This document shows positions 56,701 through 64,000 of a stretch of DNA of 64,000 nucleotides, piece after piece; the stretch's first letter is position 1, and every line of letters starts with the position of its first letter. The stretch lies in NCBI GenBank assembly GCA_964594395.1, contig CAZQLW010000001.1:27579-91578 (forward strand), in the 5' to 3' direction. The position numbers and the translations under genes were made by a program. Source of the stretch: an uncultured Methanosarcinales archaeon. Its GTDB lineage: Archaea; Nanobdellota; Nanobdellia; Woesearchaeales; GW2011-AR9. The notes under the pieces were generated by a model. That model saw nothing but the letters and a program-made list of their open reading frames with translations. It was not told where the DNA came from and made no database searches.

Positions 56701-57301
56701 CCTTCTAAATGCTATTAAGTATCGGTTGTTTGAAGGAGATAAAGCAAAAATAGGTTATCATCTTCAATTTTATAATGAAAATGGTGTAGTTGCTGCTTTC
56801 GGAATAAATAAAGTAATTGATGAAGAAACTTTAGAAGTTGAATTGTCTGGGAAAGATTATGGTGATTCATTTAAAACCGTTAATGTGGGAGACGTTGTGG
56901 AATTGGTTACTGATGATGAAAGTGAAACTTATTCTATTTATGTTGATACCATCTCTTCATATAATCCCGGTAATGCTGTTGTTGATGTTGCAATTAATTC
57001 AGATTCTGGCGTGGTGAAAAATAGATTATTTGTGGATGATCAGAAGAAAATTGGCTATCATTTACAATTTTATGATCAGTCAGCAGCAGTTGCTGCATTT
57101 GGGGCTAATAATATTCTTGATGCAGAAACCTTAGAGATTGAATTAAGTGGTAAAGAATACGATGATAAAATCATGGATGTTGAAATGGGAGATACAGTAG
57201 AACTAATGACTAGTAATGAAAATGAAAACTATTTTTTATCAATTGAGCGGTTTGGTGATAATATTGTTGATTTAGCAATTCGTAAAGAAACTATTGAATA
57301 A
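53738..57301 (+). CDS. giant secreted Cys-rich surface protein with repeated CxDxDGGxN...C-P-N-G-x-C-x-DGAC modules and C-terminal tandem roughly 100-aa repeats
   Basis: Signal peptide. At least five repeats of the ...CPNDGVCRDGACV / CPNGCVDGACL / CPNGGVCEDGACL module. Two near-identical C-terminal repeats (KIGYHLQFY...). Confidence 0.6.
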   Translation: MKKIIVVSLIVFCLLLSNIALAEEVAEESSCTGFWGKVSCVLFGDPVKKDQAKQALAGQAGRMRDVQTRDSAPEVEELEDVKEVPDAKIITLPEKEEIKCVDTDGGRNFEVKGRIKGADPKNPDQEMNEEDRCSSDTRIIEFECKDDSLITWNGYDCPNDGVCRDGACVEREVEILPATNEEEKEMLPATNDEESVREVEEKVVVEEKKVICRDTDGGYNVDKKGTITGLNIDNNEVTYTDFCRTSQSETRLDSCSGARCRIKEWGCTNNIVGSNVLSCKYGCGDGACLAASRSTGSAVEEPVVEPIEEKTLDCTDSDRGQNIYLKGETFKPGEGTLKNTKGLYFVDTARGRTWSDACQLKTETGYSSIDEGRCSAGVDCYVIEFSCNADSIRKACPNGCVDGACLKTSRTVVVEKEAEEVETVFEAKETRCADGKDNDNDNKIDCFDADCSPAAGEIYQAGDDCTLTNDVPTCCLYHSRKAGTFVESFDTESMCLGAGRFPVINERVCERMLEQKGYVYIEDEELELEVVEVEVSETSGSNYEKYKEVLSSCEREGNIFDHVTDTCLESCPRGTKRVAWGPGKALFSCLPEESPGCTDTDEVEREYQKYFHVNYEVKGTTTGINVKTGEFGSTTDFCSDENTIREFFCSYHGPDKYLTSTGHGHTCPNGGVCEDGACLPGTEVEDSDLPPGLEELPPGLAKKDKTPPGWEKGEKSGWEEVTEVTEEAAEPYADDCNGCESNGKCLPFGTRKVVDEVASFCDLEGRWASQASLSASCQNDYECQTNECSNGQCEDLAKKLEETENALNKLLDFVKKFFGVEEETFVIEEDFGIIEYGATKEDSTGDFKMLNNPSVGYEGYYNNLYVLVQDHEKDINEKVFIGQLLEDLDELELQDMNEFGQHFYCTDDNYDQYVCTWFSGDIFVALIINNFEEFIDLEGMEQSFEDMLLAYLEKFPSSITLNIEDFSDVEKEEIMPEVEVEEEEEVMSLLNAIKYRLFEGDKAKIGYHLQFYNENGVVAAFGINKVIDEETLEVELSGKDYGDSFKTVNVGDVVELVTDDESETYSIYVDTISSYNPGNAVVDVAINSDSGVVKNRLFVDDQKKIGYHLQFYDQSAAVAAFGANNILDAETLEIELSGKEYDDKIMDVEMGDTVELMTSNENENYFLSIERFGDNIVDLAIRKETIE

Positions 57302-57374
57302 TCTTTTTTTCTTTTTCTTTTTTTCTCTTTAAAAAACATACATTTATATAACTAAAAATATTACTTTAACCCTC

Positions 57375-58568
57375 ATGAAAGGGTCGATGAAGCTGTTTAA
57401 GGTGTTTGGGATAGATATCAAGTTACATTTTAGTTGGTGGTTCGTATTTATTCTTATTGCTTGGATGTTATCAGGTTCATTTTTTCCACAATTTTTTCCA
57501 GGTCACACTCTGATAATGTATTGGACAATGGGGATTACTGCTTCTTTACTACTATTTGTTTCAGTATTATTACACGAACTCTCACATTCTTTAGTTGCTA
57601 AAACTAAACATATTGGGGTAGAGTCAATAACTTTATTCTTTTTCGGCGGTGTTGCAGGAATTACTCGAGAAGATATGAAACCAAGTTCAGAGTTTCAGAT
57701 GGCCATTGCCGGACCTTTATTTTCGTTCTTACTTGCCGGAATTTTTTTTTTAATTCACAAATATGATGTTCATTTTTTCATTACTGCGATAACTGATTAT
57801 TTATTCAAATTGAACTTAATTTTAGCTATTTTCAACATGATCCCTGCATTCCCATTAGACGGTGGAAGAGCATTAAGAGCAATTTTGCATGCTTACTATA
57901 AAGATTTGAAAAAAGCTACCCATATTGCTGCTACTGGCGGTAAATTTTTTGCTGGTTTTCTTGTTTTCCTAGGAATATTTTCGTTAATCAGCGGTGCCGG
58001 TAACGGGTTATGGTTCATTTTCTTAGGAGCATTCTTATATTTCATTGCTGGGATGAGTAATGAACAAGTTGTTATCAAAGATGTTCTGCGAGATATCAAA
58101 ATTAAAGAACTGATTCATAAGAAAGTTATTAAACTTAAACCAAAAATGTTATTTTCAGATTTTGTTAAAAAGTATTCTAACACTGAACATGAAACTTTTT
58201 TAGTTAAGGATAAACATTTTTCTGGTATCTTAGACACTAAACGAATTGAAAAAATGCCGTTTAAAATGCAGGGGATGTTAAAACTTGAACAGGTATCATT
58301 ACCATTTTCACAAGTAAAAACATTAAAAGCTGATGATAATGCTTATACAGCATTTCGTAGTTTCATGGAACAGAATTTGGAAATTTTACCTGTGATGAAC
58401 CAAGGTAAATTTTTAGGTATTGTTACAAGGAAAAGTGTTCTTCACAGAATGGTTTGGGGTTTAAAGTATGGGATTCCTGGAAAAGTTGGTAATAAAATAG
58501 CTTCAAGGATTGAGAAGAAAATTTCTAAAAAGAAAAAAGTTAAGAAGAAAGTAAAGAAGAAAAAGTAA
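57375..58568 (+). CDS. site-2 protease (M50 family) with tandem CBS domains
   Basis: HELSHSLVA (HExxH) in a TM helix. FNMIPAFPLDGGR (LDG motif). C-terminal CBS pair. Confidence 0.8.
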   Translation: MKGSMKLFKVFGIDIKLHFSWWFVFILIAWMLSGSFFPQFFPGHTLIMYWTMGITASLLLFVSVLLHELSHSLVAKTKHIGVESITLFFFGGVAGITREDMKPSSEFQMAIAGPLFSFLLAGIFFLIHKYDVHFFITAITDYLFKLNLILAIFNMIPAFPLDGGRALRAILHAYYKDLKKATHIAATGGKFFAGFLVFLGIFSLISGAGNGLWFIFLGAFLYFIAGMSNEQVVIKDVLRDIKIKELIHKKVIKLKPKMLFSDFVKKYSNTEHETFLVKDKHFSGILDTKRIEKMPFKMQGMLKLEQVSLPFSQVKTLKADDNAYTAFRSFMEQNLEILPVMNQGKFLGIVTRKSVLHRMVWGLKYGIPGKVGNKIASRIEKKISKKKKVKKKVKKKK

Positions 58569-58636
58569 AAAATATAAATGATTGCATTATTTTGTAATAA
58601 GTTATTGTCTAAATTTAAAATGAGGTGTAAGATACG

Positions 58637-60202
58637 ATGAAAAAAAAATTAATTATTGTTGGATTGTTAATAGTATCATTATTTTTGGTAAGTTGTGCTA
58701 GTGAAGAGATTTCTGAAGAAGAAATTAATGAAGATTTGAACGGATTGTCTGATCAAGATTTTGTTGAAGTTCTTGCTGATGATGATTCTGCTCTGGCTGG
58801 TCAAGCTACTAGAAGAGTTTCTACTACAGCTTCTCGTGTAAAAAAGAAAATTGAGAGAGTAAAAGTATCTTGGACATGTGAACAAGATCAAGGTGTAGTA
58901 ACAATGACTTCTTCATTAGGTTACAAGCGTGTACTTAACGTTAAACATTGTGTTGGTGATAAACTTTACAAGTTTTTCTGTGACAGTAACGATTTAAGTT
59001 GGAAAACTCCTGTAGAAGTTTGTGAAAATGGTTGTGAGGACAATAAATGTGTTGTTAAAGAAAAGCCAGTAGTAATAAAAGAAGAACTGGTAATGTGTAA
59101 CGTTGATTGTAAAACTAAACCCTTATCAGAATGTACAGAACTTGGCGGTGCAGAAGTTGCTGTTGATGAGTACGATTTATGGTGCAGTCCTGGCTGTTGT
59201 AAAATTGAAAGCGATGATTTTTGTAGTTTTGGGTTGAAAAAGTTTGAATGTAAACAGAAAGTAAAAAACGTTTTAGGTAATGTTCGTGAAGAAGATTACA
59301 TTTTTGACCATTTGAACATGAACTCAGCATCTTGCGATTCTCAATATTGTAATCCTGTAGAGGAACCAGAAGTTGAAGATGAATCTACTGTACCTACTAA
59401 ACCAACAAACACTTCTGCTGTTTCATTCGGTGGCGGCGGTGGTGGTAGTGTATCTACCTGGTGCGATTCAATTGAAGTTGAACTTGTTGATGGAGAAACT
59501 TTAGCAGACGCTAACTCTTTAGTTGATGGTGGTGAATTAACAACACTTTTTGCTCCTGGCGAGTTTGAAAATAGTAAAGGGACTTTCCTTTACCGACAAA
59601 ATCTTAATTTTGATAATAGTTCAAAATCTGTTACTTACGTTGAAAATGATGATGATGAACTTGATAACCATTTTTTAGTTGATAGTGGTGATCTTATTGC
59701 TACCTACAAATTAACTTTTGATACTGCTGTTCAAAGTGATATCGCTAGTAGTGTTTACAGTAATTTGGTTGAAAGTGAAATTACACTTTTTGCTGAAGAG
59801 TATACCATAACTAATGCTGTAAAAATGGATGGAGACAATAGTATTGAATTAACTTTAATTGGTGATGATGACCAGATAATGGTTTTAAACGACAATGATT
59901 TTACTGATAATTCTGTTTCCGGTACAATGTTTATCAACGAAGAACAAATTGACGGAAATGATGTTCAAATTGACGGTAGTATTGGTGGCGGAGCATTTAA
60001 CTTAGCATCAATTAAAGTAGATATTGTTGCTCAAGATAGTTTTTATGTTGCTGCTGAAAAAACATTAACTGACGCAATACTTAGCCAAGGAGAAGAAACT
60101 GAAGCTTTAATCAGCGATAATTGGAACATAAGATTTAACAGTTACAATTCTGATTCTGGAACTTCGGTGATTGAAATTGGTAAATTGTGTGCATTAGAAT
60201 AA
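58637..60202 (+). CDS. lipoprotein-like secreted Cys-rich protein
   Basis: Signal peptide with lipobox-like LVSC. CENGCEDNKCV module similar to the giant protein. Gly6 linker. Confidence 0.5.
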   Translation: MKKKLIIVGLLIVSLFLVSCASEEISEEEINEDLNGLSDQDFVEVLADDDSALAGQATRRVSTTASRVKKKIERVKVSWTCEQDQGVVTMTSSLGYKRVLNVKHCVGDKLYKFFCDSNDLSWKTPVEVCENGCEDNKCVVKEKPVVIKEELVMCNVDCKTKPLSECTELGGAEVAVDEYDLWCSPGCCKIESDDFCSFGLKKFECKQKVKNVLGNVREEDYIFDHLNMNSASCDSQYCNPVEEPEVEDESTVPTKPTNTSAVSFGGGGGGSVSTWCDSIEVELVDGETLADANSLVDGGELTTLFAPGEFENSKGTFLYRQNLNFDNSSKSVTYVENDDDELDNHFLVDSGDLIATYKLTFDTAVQSDIASSVYSNLVESEITLFAEEYTITNAVKMDGDNSIELTLIGDDDQIMVLNDNDFTDNSVSGTMFINEEQIDGNDVQIDGSIGGGAFNLASIKVDIVAQDSFYVAAEKTLTDAILSQGEETEALISDNWNIRFNSYNSDSGTSVIEIGKLCALE

Positions 60203-60220
60203 AACTTTATTTTTTTTCTT

Positions 60221-61003
60221 TTAATTTTTTTTAACCATTCCGCCACCAGCCGGTAAGAATTTAATAATGTCATCTAAATCTCCACCTTTAAGTTTTGATT
60301 TGATTTTTTTAGCAAGACTACTTTTCTTTTCTTTTCCAGAAATAACTTTTACAAAATTTTTTGTTCTCTTTTTAATCGCGTTTATTGGACCACCAATTAT
60401 TTCTTCATTAAGCAATCCAATTGCATATTCTAATTTTGGATGTAAATAAGTTGTTTTTCCTCTCACCATAAAACTTCCTTTACTCATATACTCGCCAGAT
60501 TGTGCTTCTTTACTAACCTGTTCTGGTTTAACATAAAAAACGTCTGCGGTTGTATGGCCAAGTTTCCATGCTTTTGAATATACTGCTACTGCTTGTGCAG
60601 TTTCTTCAATAGTTATCTCAGAAGCTTCTTGACCGTTTTTAATAACAAAGAATGGGCTTCCTGCCATATCTGTATGGAATACTAAATCTTCTTTTTCGGT
60701 ATGTTTCTTGATCACAATTTCGTTAGAGGTAGCGTCTTTTCCACCAATGCAAAGAAAATCTTCTGAAGAAATAAACCAGTGAAATTTTTCGTACCATTCT
60801 CGCTTTTTTTCTTTCTTTTCAAGTTTTTTAGTTTCTTCAGCCATAAACTTATCTTCATCTTTTTTTAGTTTTTCAAGTTTCTTTTTACTTTCAATCAAAG
60901 CTTCTTTTGCTCCTGCTAACTTTTTCTTAGCTTTTTTTGCTAGGTTGAAGTAATTGCCAGCATTTTCATCCACCGATTTTGTTAAATCAAACTCAATTTC
61001 CAT
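60221..61003 (-). CDS. NFACT-R (DUF814) domain protein, Rqc2/FbpA-like
   Basis: Coiled-coil N-terminus followed by EWYEKFHWFISSEDFLCIGGKDATSNEIVIKKH...DLVFHTDMAGSPFFVIK, a DUF814 pattern. Confidence 0.55.
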   Translation of the reverse strand: MEIEFDLTKSVDENAGNYFNLAKKAKKKLAGAKEALIESKKKLEKLKKDEDKFMAEETKKLEKKEKKREWYEKFHWFISSEDFLCIGGKDATSNEIVIKKHTEKEDLVFHTDMAGSPFFVIKNGQEASEITIEETAQAVAVYSKAWKLGHTTADVFYVKPEQVSKEAQSGEYMSKGSFMVRGKTTYLHPKLEYAIGLLNEEIIGGPINAIKKRTKNFVKVISGKEKKSSLAKKIKSKLKGGDLDDIIKFLPAGGGMVKKN

Positions 61004-61115
61004 AATAATTTAATATTTTTCGCAATCATTAAAAATGTTTGTTTTTATTGATTATCACTGAGAAGTGATAAAAATATCAAAAAGTTTATAAATATACATA
61101 CGCTTTTGTTATATA

Positions 61116-62918
61116 ATGTCGCTAGATGAACAATTATTAAAAATCATGAGAAAAAGGGAAGGCTCAATTTTAGTAGTTGATGATCGGTGCGATCTTAGAC
61201 ATGGCCAGATTGCTTTAGATCATGTTGATAATGAACGTGCTATAGAAAATTTTGCTAAGCAGGAACTAGGTATTAATCATTTTACTTTTATTCGTGATTT
61301 CTTTCATAATCAAATTAGTGACGATAATGATATTTATCGGATTTATCGGGATCATCTTCCTAATCCTGATGTAATCTTAGTAAATTCTAATTTTGGTAGT
61401 TTTCCTAATATTAAAGATATTCTTACGTCTTATTCTACGGTAAAAAAATTAAAAGACGATTTTCCAGATAGTGAAGTGATACTTTATTTGCCGAAATTTA
61501 ATGATGAAGTTATTAATGGAGCTTTTGATGCTTCATTAAACCTAATTGGTTCAAGTTTAGATTTAGATGATATTATTGTCGAAAAAATTAGAGAAAATGA
61601 CTTTCCTACTTTAATGCATCTCTTATGTTACAAAATGACCGGAAAAATGTATGGGAGCACATCTGAGAGGTCTTTATCTTCATTACAACATGAATATAAA
61701 AATGATATGTGGGATAGTTATTTACCTTTTATTGACCGTTCTCTTAACGCAGGTAACACTCAAACTAGAATGCGCTACAATTTTTTAGTTTTAAGTGATC
61801 GGGAAAAGACTTTGTTAGGGGATTATTTGCCAGCAACTTCGCACAGAGTTTTAGTTCAAGATTTAAATGAAAATTTAGATTTTAAATGTTTAGAATCTTG
61901 TTCAGCAATTTTTGTTGATAATGCTTGGAATCCTGGCTGCTCTGGAACTTTAGGTAAAGGTATTGAAAGATTAAGAAGATTAAAACAAGAATTAGGAGAA
62001 CGAAGAATCCCCATAATTTATCAATCTGGACACCCGTTAAGTGCTTTTAGTCAGACAGAAAAGGAAGAATTAGAAAGTTTAGGTGCAGTTTTGGCTACTA
62101 AAGATTTATTTCCTAAAGTTTGCCAAGGAAAAGATGTAGCAGTTAAAGAACATTTAGTTTCAGAAATTGCTGGAAATAATCCGATTTTAGGGAGGTATTT
62201 ATCTCAAGTTTATAATTTTGGTAATGGTCAAATGATTGGGGATAATGGTCTTTTTGTTGTTTGTTCAAAGATTGTTGATGAAAATAACGAAGTAGATGAT
62301 GATAAAATTACTTTGTTTGAACAATTAAACATAAACGCAGACGATTATAATCATCGGATGTACGTTTTATCGATGTTACATACTGAACTAAAGTCAGAAC
62401 TTAATAATCCTAATTTAAAACCAACTGTAAAACAGTTTTTTTCATATTCAACTTTAGAAAACGTTTTGGGTGATAAAATTAAACATTTTGAAAAAGTTTA
62501 TACTAATATTACTAAGAATAAAGAACATTATCGGAAGAGGACCATTGCTCATAATGATGCTAAAGAAGATAACTGGTTCAAAGGAATGGTTTTAGGGGAT
62601 TTTTCCAATGCTGCTCCGGGAACCGAATATAAAGATTTAGCGAGAGCTTTACTTGACGAGAGTAATAGTTTTGAATTGGCTAAAAATGTTGATTCAGTTA
62701 GTGGATATATTGACAATTATCTTTTGTTAAGAGAAAATGTTGACTCCGAATTTGCTGTTAACAAAGATCAGTTTAAGAAAAGAGTTTACGAATGTATGCT
62801 CACAGAAAGTTTAAGATTAGCTAAGTTTAGAAATGGGTGTTGGAAAAAAGAAAATACTGTTGAAGGCTATTTAGCTGTTGCTAATGTCTATCATGATTTA
62901 CTCCAACAAAATTCCTAA
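61116..62918 (+). CDS. hypothetical protein (600 aa)
   Basis: Long ORF with no recognised motif. Confidence 0.35.
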   Translation: MSLDEQLLKIMRKREGSILVVDDRCDLRHGQIALDHVDNERAIENFAKQELGINHFTFIRDFFHNQISDDNDIYRIYRDHLPNPDVILVNSNFGSFPNIKDILTSYSTVKKLKDDFPDSEVILYLPKFNDEVINGAFDASLNLIGSSLDLDDIIVEKIRENDFPTLMHLLCYKMTGKMYGSTSERSLSSLQHEYKNDMWDSYLPFIDRSLNAGNTQTRMRYNFLVLSDREKTLLGDYLPATSHRVLVQDLNENLDFKCLESCSAIFVDNAWNPGCSGTLGKGIERLRRLKQELGERRIPIIYQSGHPLSAFSQTEKEELESLGAVLATKDLFPKVCQGKDVAVKEHLVSEIAGNNPILGRYLSQVYNFGNGQMIGDNGLFVVCSKIVDENNEVDDDKITLFEQLNINADDYNHRMYVLSMLHTELKSELNNPNLKPTVKQFFSYSTLENVLGDKIKHFEKVYTNITKNKEHYRKRTIAHNDAKEDNWFKGMVLGDFSNAAPGTEYKDLARALLDESNSFELAKNVDSVSGYIDNYLLLRENVDSEFAVNKDQFKKRVYECMLTESLRLAKFRNGCWKKENTVEGYLAVANVYHDLLQQNS

Positions 62919-63818
62919 CATTGGCGAAGTGATTAAATAGATTAATCTGGCCATTTCTCCGAAATAATAGATGGTAATTGATTCTTTCCCTACAACTTTT
63001 TCTAATTGCTTGTAAGTATCTTGATAGAGGAGACTTCGTGCTTGGTCATTAACTTTTTCTAAAGCATCGAGATCTTTTTTGAAAAATCCGTGATAGAGGT
63101 TATCAAATTCAGTTTCTAAATTGTTGAAAATAGAAATACTTTTTTTTGACATTTTTAGTTTTTTTTGTTTATCTAAAAATTGGTATAAATGTAATGAATT
63201 TCCTTGGATTAATAATAAATAGACGTACATGTTCCAATGGAATGGTATTTTCTCTTCTGTAAATTTCTTTTTGGAAATATTTCTCCGACAGAAATTGTTA
63301 TACTGGCCAACTTTAAACGTTAATTGTTTTAATTGTTGAAGGTTGTTAAATTTTCCAGAAATGAAATCGTTTCTAACCAATTCAAACGATTCTTTTATCA
63401 ACAGAAACATTCTCCTGACAAGAGTCTCTTGTTTCTCTCCACTGGGTTCAGCAACATTTTCTAAAATCAAATAATTTTTACCTTTCTCGGTAACTTCTAC
63501 TCCGAGCAGAAAGTTTTCTACTGCACTTTCCACATAATCTGCTTGATCTTTGTTTTCGCAGATAACCTTTACTTTATCGTAACCTAGTCTGTATAAATCA
63601 CTAAGGTTAGTTCGGATAAATGTTTCTCCATTAGAATGGATTTTTAAAGTAGTTTCTTTCTTTTTTGTTTTAGTTTCTGCACTTAAAAGTAAACCCTCTT
63701 CCATTTCTATGATGTCAATTTCATCTCCTGGATGAAGGTTTTTCTCATCAATCCATTTTTTTGGCAGGTAGATGGTTCCTCCACCGCCTCCGCCCTGCTT
63801 AATGATTTTTCTTTTCAT
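62898..63818 (-). CDS. AbrB/SpoVT-like swapped-hairpin N-terminal domain protein with PhoU-like helical C-terminus
   Basis: N-terminal IIKQGGGGGGTIYLPKKWIDEKNLHPGDEIDIIEMEEGLLL matches the AbrB/MazE swapped-hairpin pattern seen at the N-terminus of archaeal PhoU-type regulators. Confidence 0.4.
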   Translation of the reverse strand: MKRKIIKQGGGGGGTIYLPKKWIDEKNLHPGDEIDIIEMEEGLLLSAETKTKKKETTLKIHSNGETFIRTNLSDLYRLGYDKVKVICENKDQADYVESAVENFLLGVEVTEKGKNYLILENVAEPSGEKQETLVRRMFLLIKESFELVRNDFISGKFNNLQQLKQLTFKVGQYNNFCRRNISKKKFTEEKIPFHWNMYVYLLLIQGNSLHLYQFLDKQKKLKMSKKSISIFNNLETEFDNLYHGFFKKDLDALEKVNDQARSLLYQDTYKQLEKVVGKESITIYYFGEMARLIYLITSPMLGILLE

Positions 63819-64000
63819 TTTAGCTTAGATTACTTTTATCTTATTTAAACTTTGCGTTAGTTCATATTCCGGATATGATTAATATGAGAAAGATATTAAT
63901 ATCTACTAGGTTCTTACTATGACGTAATAATTGAAAAGAACTCCTAAATATGAAACTTACAATCTTAAATGTGAGCTTTTAGGAATGAATGGGTTATTGT

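Noticed and set aside
1-64000. CRISPR arrays, transposases and integrases
   Set aside because: No regularly spaced short direct repeats and no DDE/tyrosine-recombinase-like ORFs were seen anywhere in the window.

Overview
AT-rich (about 30% GC), gene-dense window that reads as a chromosomal segment of a small-genome archaeon, probably DPANN-like (Woesearchaeota/Pacearchaeota/Nanoarchaeota style). Several features support this lineage call. The DNA primase small subunit is fused to a PriL-type C-terminal FeS domain. LeuRS is archaeal-type and LysRS is class II. FtsZ and SepF are present, as are ribosomal proteins S15 (S13e) and S6e. A FlaI/VirB11-like ATPase and an archaeal class-III-signal pilin occur. 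Both tRNAs carry introns, and several giant Cys-rich secreted proteins are present. Housekeeping and repair genes include a PolX-PHP polymerase, EndoV, EndoQ-like, rubrerythrin, cysteine desulfurase, nitroreductase, a radical SAM protein, an S2P protease, and a HAD/M20/nucleoside-hydrolase operon. These are interleaved with accessory content. That content comprises two toxin-antitoxin modules (RelE-type and HEPN/MNT), a eukaryotic-like Ser/Thr kinase, a tandem triplicated 4-TM membrane protein family, and at least four large Cys-rich surface proteins sharing a 'C-x2-G-x-C-x-DGAC' module. It also includes a GT4 + PIG-L/LmbE pair and three consecutive coiled-coil proteins. I saw no CRISPR array, transposase or integrase. 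The most unusual non-coding observations are two. First, a roughly 95-nt structured element occurs as an inverted pair flanking rps6e, and compensatory base changes preserve its inner hairpin. Second, a tRNA-Ser(GCU) candidate has an insertion in the D-arm region and duplicated acceptor-stem fragments. The same duplication pattern recurs at the intron-containing tRNA-Leu. All functional calls rest on motifs I recognise by eye, with no database search run.
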